The translations under genes and the position numbers were made by a program. The notes below the pieces were generated by a model, which had not been told where the DNA came from, ran no database searches, and was given only the letters and a program-made list of their open reading frames with translations. From NCBI GenBank assembly GCA_004321885.1, contig SCQK01000020.1:1-3052 (forward strand): a stretch of 3,052 nucleotides of DNA, read 5' to 3'. Within the stretch, counting starts at the first letter, position 1. Every line of letters starts with the position of its first letter. This document shows, one piece after another, positions 1 through 3,052 of the stretch. This DNA is from Patescibacteria group bacterium (GTDB lineage: Bacteria; Patescibacteriota; Patescibacteriia; Magasanikbacterales; GWA2-37-8).

Positions 1-1
1 C

Positions 2-322
2 GGCGGCGCGAGCCAGACGGCCGGCGTGCTCAACGCGGTCAACGGATTTGCCTCAGGCAACCCGGTTGCCGAAACGTCCGCACCGGCCTTCACCTACGTC
101 TGGAACAACAACCTGCAAATCGGCTCGCCTCTCGCCGAAGACGTGAAGGCGCTCCAGACGGCGCTCGCGCAAGACGGCGACTACCATGGCGACCTGACCG
201 GCGGCTTCTACAACCAGACCTACGCGGCAGTTAGGGCTTTTCAAGAGAAGCACGGCATCAACGCGACCGGCTTCGTCGGGCCGCTCACGCGGGCGGAGCT
301 GAATACGCTTTTCGGTCGGTGA
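2..322 (+). CDS. 3' portion of a gene (5' end outside window) whose product ends in a peptidoglycan-binding domain (PG_binding_1 type); probably a cell-wall hydrolase or other cell-wall-associated protein
   Basis: The frame is open from the window edge to TGA at 320-322 (the ORF track reports 26..322 in the same frame). The translation ...LAEDVKALQTALAQDGDYHGDLTGGFYNQTYAAVRAFQEKHGINATGFVGPLTRAELNTLF matches the three-helix PG_binding_1 signature (V..LQ..L...G....DG.FG..T..AV..FQ...GL..DG.VG..T...L) from established knowledge. High-GC codon usage. The opposite-strand ORF 53..367 is judged a GC artefact. Confidence 0.75.
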   Translation, partial: GGASQTAGVLNAVNGFASGNPVAETSAPAFTYVWNNNLQIGSPLAEDVKALQTALAQDGDYHGDLTGGFYNQTYAAVRAFQEKHGINATGFVGPLTRAELNTLFGR

Positions 323-343
323 TGAGGCAGGCTCCACACCGCA

Positions 344-366
344 GGTATTCCTAACGAGTTGGCACA
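344..366. repeat. Terminal inverted repeat of the IS (end near the transposase C-terminus)
   Basis: ggtattcctaacgagttggcaca; its partner is 1163-1185. The outer 7 bp (ggtattc) and inner 10 bp (agttggcaca) are identical between the two ends, and the middle 6 bp diverge. Confidence 0.45.
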
Positions 367-1151
367 AGCGTGAGTGATTTTAATAAGTAAGTGCGCGGGT
401 TTCCGAACAATTCAGGTGAGGAAAATCTGAAGCAGAATTCCCTCACATATTGGTCGAGGTTCTCGCTCCAGTGATGATGATACATCCTTCGCACGAACGT
501 GCGATAGACGCCGAACACTCCCTCGATCTCGGAGGTGTGCTCAAATTCGAATCTTGAATGGATATCCCGACTGTGCGTGATCGGCCATCGCTTGCCTGCG
601 CCGACGTATATCGACCCGCCGTCGGTCCACAGCTCGCTCCCCGGCTTCACCTTCTCGAACAGGAAGTTCATCACGTCCGTCTTGTTCGGGAAGCGATCGT
701 GCATGACGGTATAGGCGAGCTTGCGGGTGCCTTTCTGCTTGGCCATGACGAGCGCGGCTTCCTTGAAGTATGCCTCGTCCATCTGCACGATACGCTCGAG
801 AATATGCTCTTCAGGGGGCAAATGCTCCCGAAAGGTGGCATACCAGCGCCGGATAGTGCGCTCGGGCAGGCGGGTGAGCTCCTGCGCCTGCAGGACCGGC
901 TCGCGTATGGTCCAGCACCACAGGAGCGTCCACCAGACTTGCAGCGGCAGCTTCAGGTTCGAGAGCCAGGTGTGCGAGAGGAGCGAGAACCGGCGGCGGC
1001 ACGAGACGCACCGGTACCGGTCTTCATATCGCACGACCCTGCGCGACCGGCAGAGCGGACAGAATACGTTCTTGCCGAAGAGCGTGCGCCTCAAGAACTT
1101 CCTAATCTGCACTTCTGACGGTATTTGTTTGAGCGTGTACATAGCTTCCAT
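351..1151 (-). CDS. IS1595-family (ISXO2-like DDE) transposase, 266 aa from ATG at 1151 (an alternative start is the ATG at 1142)
   Basis: The translation carries an N-terminal C2C2 zinc ribbon (CPLCRS...RYRCVSCRRRF) followed by S..HTWLSNLKLPLQVWW, which matches the IS1595 motif S.T.GTIF...KLPL.KWF. The DDE triad is in the conserved contexts IVQMDEAYF, ELWTDGGSIY and HTSEIEGVFGVYR, and the C-terminal HHHWSENLDQYVREFCFRFS matches KHL.RYLDEF.FRYN. The stop codon is TAG at 351-353 on the - strand. The ORF-track N-terminal extension to 1214 crosses the inverted repeat and is judged read-through, not coding. Confidence 0.9.
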   Translation of the reverse strand: MEAMYTLKQIPSEVQIRKFLRRTLFGKNVFCPLCRSRRVVRYEDRYRCVSCRRRFSLLSHTWLSNLKLPLQVWWTLLWCWTIREPVLQAQELTRLPERTIRRWYATFREHLPPEEHILERIVQMDEAYFKEAALVMAKQKGTRKLAYTVMHDRFPNKTDVMNFLFEKVKPGSELWTDGGSIYVGAGKRWPITHSRDIHSRFEFEHTSEIEGVFGVYRTFVRRMYHHHWSENLDQYVREFCFRFSSPELFGNPRTYLLKSLTLVPTR

Positions 1152-1162
1152 GATAGGGGAGC

Positions 1163-1185
1163 TGTGCCAACTGGGTCTGAATACC
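1163..1185. repeat. Terminal inverted repeat of the IS (end near the transposase N-terminus); its inner edge is 11 nt from the transposase ATG
   Basis: The + strand reads tgtgccaactgggtctgaatacc, which is the reverse complement of ggtattcagacccagttggcaca. Confidence 0.45.
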
Positions 1186-1199
1186 CCTCCACCGCGCCC

Positions 1200-1229
1200 T
1201 TGACAAAATAACACCTCCTGTCATATAGT
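1200..1229 (+). promoter_or_regulatory. Sigma70-like promoter candidate for the downstream secreted-protein gene: TTGACA (1200-1205), 18-nt spacer, TATAGT (1224-1229); predicted TSS about 1236
   Basis: The -35 is a perfect consensus hexamer and the -10 matches TATAAT at 5 of 6 positions. It sits 15 bp outside the IS end and about 80 nt upstream of the ATG at 1310. Pattern match only. Confidence 0.45.
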
Positions 1230-1244
1230 GCGTGCCAGAAGAAG

Positions 1245-1274
1245 CAGACGGATTGGCCGTCTGTTGTTCTTTAT
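1245..1274 (+). terminator. Intrinsic-terminator-like hairpin with U-tract: cagacgg-attgg-ccgtctg followed by TTGTTCTTTAT. It is either a 5' leader attenuator of the secreted-protein gene or the original terminator of the upstream PG-binding gene, now displaced by the IS
   Basis: A 7-bp GC-rich stem (1245-1251 pairing with 1257-1263) and a 5-nt loop are followed by a T-rich run at 1264-1274. The stem is modest, so this is a weak call. Confidence 0.3.
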
Positions 1275-1292
1275 CCAGAAACCAAACCGAAA

Positions 1293-1302
1293 GAGGAAGG
1301 GG
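1293..1302 (+). promoter_or_regulatory. Shine-Dalgarno sequence (GAGGAAGGGG) for the CDS starting at 1310
   Basis: A purine-rich block complementary to the 16S anti-SD lies about 8-10 nt upstream of ATG 1310. Confidence 0.6.
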
Positions 1303-1309
1303 ACAACCA

Positions 1310-2122
1310 ATGAAGAAGTCGTTGACGGCATTGTTTACCGCTCTGTTGTTCGCGTTATCATCTGGCCTGGCCATGGCGGGTCAAGCACCGCCGACCGTTA
1401 CGCCATCGACCCCGCCGACCTGTACGCTCTCGGCAAGTCCGGATACGCTGGCACGACCCGGGGATTCGTCCACAATCTCGTGGACGACCGCGAACGCAAG
1501 CTCGTTCTCGATCGACCATGGTATCGGTTCGGTGACATCGGTCGCGTCCGGATCATTGACGGTTGAGCCAGCGTTCACAACATATTACACCGGCACCGCT
1601 ACGGGCGCTGGCGGTACCGTCACGTGCGCCGTGACCATCGAGGTAAAGGCTTGGAACCTCATAGGGGATTGGTCCCTCCTGCTCGAGAAAGGGAGTGTGA
1701 CCGATGCAGACGGGGAAGGGAGGATAGACGACTTTCCGTTCTCGCAGATTACGCTCCCTCTAAACATTCAACAAGGTCTGTTATATGAGGGAGGAATGCA
1801 TCTGTATCAAGGAGTACTTCCGGGATACCACGGGTCGTGGGTGTACATGTGGTTCACGCCAAATGTGCGCCCTGGCCACCAGAAGTACGTTGAAATCTCA
1901 ATTGGCATCCCCGACACATCGTTCGGAGACGTCGTTGCAGGCGGTTACAACGTCTCTTGCAAACTGTTCCTAGAGAGGACGAGCGAGTCGTGGGGATGGG
2001 GCGTCATGACGGCGGAACACCGCGAGAGTCAGGACACACTCATCCCGGGCGCAGAAGAAGTGCCAGACAGATTGTTCACCAGCACCTGCCGCGCGTGGAG
2101 ACAAACGGGCGACAAGGGCTGA
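1310..2122 (+). CDS. Secreted protein, 270 aa: Sec signal peptide, Pro/Thr-rich linker, a two-Cys Ig-like beta-sandwich-type module, and a C-terminal region of about 150 aa with no family I can recognise
   Basis: The ORF track gives 1232..2122; the start is chosen at ATG 1310 because it has a strong SD. A typical signal peptide follows: MKKSLTALFTALLFALSSGLAMA|GQ, with an AxA cleavage site. Next is the linker APPTVTPSTPPT. Then comes a module bracketed by Cys, CTLSASPDTLARPGDSSTISWTTANASSFSIDHGIGSV...TTYYTGTATGAGGTVTCAVTIEV. This resembles the widespread bacterial extracellular pattern T.SASP.TI..G.S.TLSW.S.NA.SC...G....G...V.P..TTTYTL.C.G.GG. The C-terminal part (about 1636-2119; KAWNLIGDWSLLLEKGS...GYNVSCKLFLERTSESWGWGV...) is unrecognised. 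The frame stays open through DNA that looks less GC-rich, which supports real coding. Stop codon is TGA at 2120-2122. Confidence 0.8.
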   Translation: MKKSLTALFTALLFALSSGLAMAGQAPPTVTPSTPPTCTLSASPDTLARPGDSSTISWTTANASSFSIDHGIGSVTSVASGSLTVEPAFTTYYTGTATGAGGTVTCAVTIEVKAWNLIGDWSLLLEKGSVTDADGEGRIDDFPFSQITLPLNIQQGLLYEGGMHLYQGVLPGYHGSWVYMWFTPNVRPGHQKYVEISIGIPDTSFGDVVAGGYNVSCKLFLERTSESWGWGVMTAEHRESQDTLIPGAEEVPDRLFTSTCRAWRQTGDKG

Positions 2123-2144
2123 CAACGAGAAATGGGCAATACAT

Positions 2145-2180
2145 ATCGCCGGCGCGCTTGCGCGCCGGCGATTTCTCATA
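2145..2180 (+). terminator. Rho-independent terminator candidate for the secreted-protein gene: a perfect 12-bp GC-rich stem (atcgccggcgcg / cgcgccggcgat) with loop cttg, followed by TTTCTCAT
   Basis: The stem is 2145-2156 pairing with 2161-2172, 22 nt after the stop codon. The U-tract is only moderate (ATTTCTCAT). Confidence 0.5.
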
Positions 2181-2203
2181 CAACCGAAGCCGTAACCGGA
2201 AGC

Positions 2204-2232
2204 TTGCGCTTTTTAGACCCCTCCTCTATACT
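2204..2232 (+). promoter_or_regulatory. Sigma70-like promoter candidate: TTGCGC (2204-2209), 17-nt spacer, TATACT (2227-2232); predicted TSS about 2239
   Basis: The -35 matches at 4 of 6 positions and the -10 at 5 of 6. It lies between two terminators and would drive the about 100-nt structured segment ending at the 2313-2342 terminator. Pattern match only. Confidence 0.3.
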
Positions 2233-2238
2233 CTCTCT

Positions 2239-2342
2239 ACGTGTCTACGAACCGAAAATCTTTCCACTTAGGAGCGGATAGGCCGTAAGGCCGCGCGCGC
2301 GTGAAGCGCTCGAAAACCGCCCCTCGGGGCGGTTTTCGTTTC
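2239..2342 (+). ncRNA. Candidate small structured RNA of about 100 nt: promoter, GC-rich stem-loops with GNRA-type loops, then an intrinsic terminator
   Basis: Between the predicted TSS and the terminator are ggcc-GTAA-ggcc (2281-2292, GNRA tetraloop), a gagcg(2272-2276)/cgctc(2307-2311) enclosing helix, and a (GC)n run with a GUGAA loop. No ORF of meaningful size and no tRNA-like T-arm are present. Purely structural inference. Confidence 0.2.
2313..2342 (+). terminator. Rho-independent terminator with a bidirectional look: aaaaccgccc-ctcg-gggcggtttt followed by CGTTTC
   Basis: A 10-bp stem (6 GC + 4 AT; 2313-2322 pairing with 2327-2336) with a 4-nt loop is flanked by an A-tract upstream and a T-tract downstream. 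It lies about 115 nt upstream of the 23S 5' end. Confidence 0.55.
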
Positions 2343-2360
2343 GATGGGACACGGGAATCT

Positions 2361-2389
2361 TTGACATACGAATACGTGAAGGTAAACCC
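2361..2389 (+). promoter_or_regulatory. Possible rRNA promoter: perfect -35 TTGACA (2361-2366) with only a weak -10 candidate (TAAACC at 2383-2388); an alternative -10-like TAGAAT is at 2437-2442
   Basis: The consensus -35 hexamer is about 95 nt upstream of the 23S 5' end and immediately after the 2313-2342 terminator. No convincing -10 is found, and no boxA-like antiterminator motif is recognisable. Confidence 0.25.
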
Positions 2390-2424
2390 AGCACCACTTT
2401 CCAGTGGGGAAAGTGGTGCTGGGT
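2386..2424. repeat. Perfect 39-bp palindrome (17-bp arms acccagcaccactttcc / ggaaagtggtgctgggt, 5-nt centre agtgg) in the 23S leader region, about 33 nt upstream of the 23S 5' end
   Basis: Direct inspection shows every one of the 17 arm positions is Watson-Crick complementary, with no G:U pairs and no mismatches. Symmetry is therefore at the DNA level rather than the RNA level. There is no U-tract on the + strand, and TTACCTT follows on the - strand. Confidence 0.9.
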
Positions 2425-2456
2425 AAAAAGTGTAAATAGAATAGTTGTGATATTCA

Positions 2457-3052
<596 letters not shown>

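Larger units (their letters stand above)
344..1185 (-). mobile_element. IS1595-family insertion sequence (about 842 bp), apparently intact, inserted in the intergenic region between the PG-binding-domain gene and the secreted-protein gene
   Basis: A single transposase ORF is bounded by imperfect inverted repeats: + strand 344-366 ggtattcctaacgagttggcaca versus the reverse complement of 1163-1185 ggtattcagacccagttggcaca, with 19 of 23 positions identical. By eye the interior is less GC-rich than the flanking genes. The size fits the small (IS1016/ISPna2-like) end of the family. Boundaries are inferred from the inverted repeats only. Confidence 0.6.

Noticed and set aside
53-367. 104-aa - strand ORF antisense to the PG-binding-domain gene
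   Set aside because: It is fully overlapped by a + strand frame with a clear Pfam-type domain signature, and its translation is Arg/Val/Ala-rich with no recognisable features. GC artefact.
558-1203. Long + strand ORFs (558..1118, 721..1203) and the - strand ORF 811..1011 overlapping the transposase gene
   Set aside because: They are antisense or alternate-frame ORFs inside a confidently identified DDE transposase gene in high-GC DNA. Their translations are Arg/Ala/Pro-rich and low-complexity, typical of GC-driven spurious ORFs.
1152-1214. N-terminal extension of the transposase ORF (MLFCQGRGGGVFRPSWHSSPI...) back to 1214
   Set aside because: The extension runs through the terminal inverted repeat into flanking DNA and has no plausible start context. 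The conserved IS1595 N-terminus begins at the ATG at 1151 or 1142. It is read-through of an open frame, not coding sequence.
1228-1767. Alternate-frame and antisense ORFs (1228..1566 +, 1381..1578 -, 1585..1767 -) overlapping the secreted-protein gene
   Set aside because: The frame containing the signal peptide, linker and Ig-like module is far more convincing. The ATG at 1232 would lie upstream of the predicted TSS and lacks an SD.
1785-2271. ORFs 1785..1973 +, 1957..2271 + and 1970..2179 - around the 3' end of the secreted-protein gene (considered as a possible frameshift or overlapping gene)
   Set aside because: The 1957..2271 translation is Arg-rich junk that runs through the terminator hairpin. 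The main frame translation remains protein-like up to its stop at 2122. There is no evidence for a frameshift.
2123-2456. Searched the pre-23S spacer for tRNA genes (Ile/Ala), a 16S 3' end and boxA/boxB/boxC antitermination motifs
   Set aside because: No GGTTCGAATCC-type T-arm, no cloverleaf-compatible segment, no CCTCCT 16S tail and no boxA-like GCTCTTTAACAA variant were found by eye. The spacer instead contains terminator hairpins and a palindrome.

Overview
This is high-GC bacterial DNA containing, left to right: (1) the 3' end of a + strand gene whose product ends in a classical peptidoglycan-binding (PG_binding_1-type) domain (to 322). (2) A compact, apparently intact IS1595-family insertion sequence (about 344..1185) with its transposase on the - strand (351..1151) and imperfect 23-bp terminal inverted repeats, sitting in the intergenic space. 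(3) A + strand gene (1310..2122) with a strong SD and its own promoter-like element. It encodes a secreted protein: Sec signal peptide, Pro/Thr linker, a two-Cys Ig-like beta-sandwich-type module, and a ~150-aa C-terminal region I cannot assign to any family and that looks compositionally different from the 5' half. (4) A structured 330-bp spacer with two intrinsic terminators, a promoter-like element, a GNRA-tetraloop-rich candidate small RNA and a perfect 39-bp palindrome. (5) The 5' ~600 nt of a 23S rRNA gene (about 2457 to the window end), recognised from universally conserved 23S motifs. The 23S is not preceded by a 16S gene, an ITS or spacer tRNAs; protein-coding genes and an IS lie directly upstream, so it appears unlinked from 16S. 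It also carries a ~48-nt extra helix in domain I (H11 region) relative to E. coli. No CRISPR or tRNA was found. The highest-value items for follow-up are the uncharacterised secreted protein C-terminal module, the candidate sRNA, the leader palindrome, and the 23S expansion/IVS-like helix. All coordinates are hand-indexed from the sequence; promoter, terminator and sRNA calls are pattern-based and unverified.
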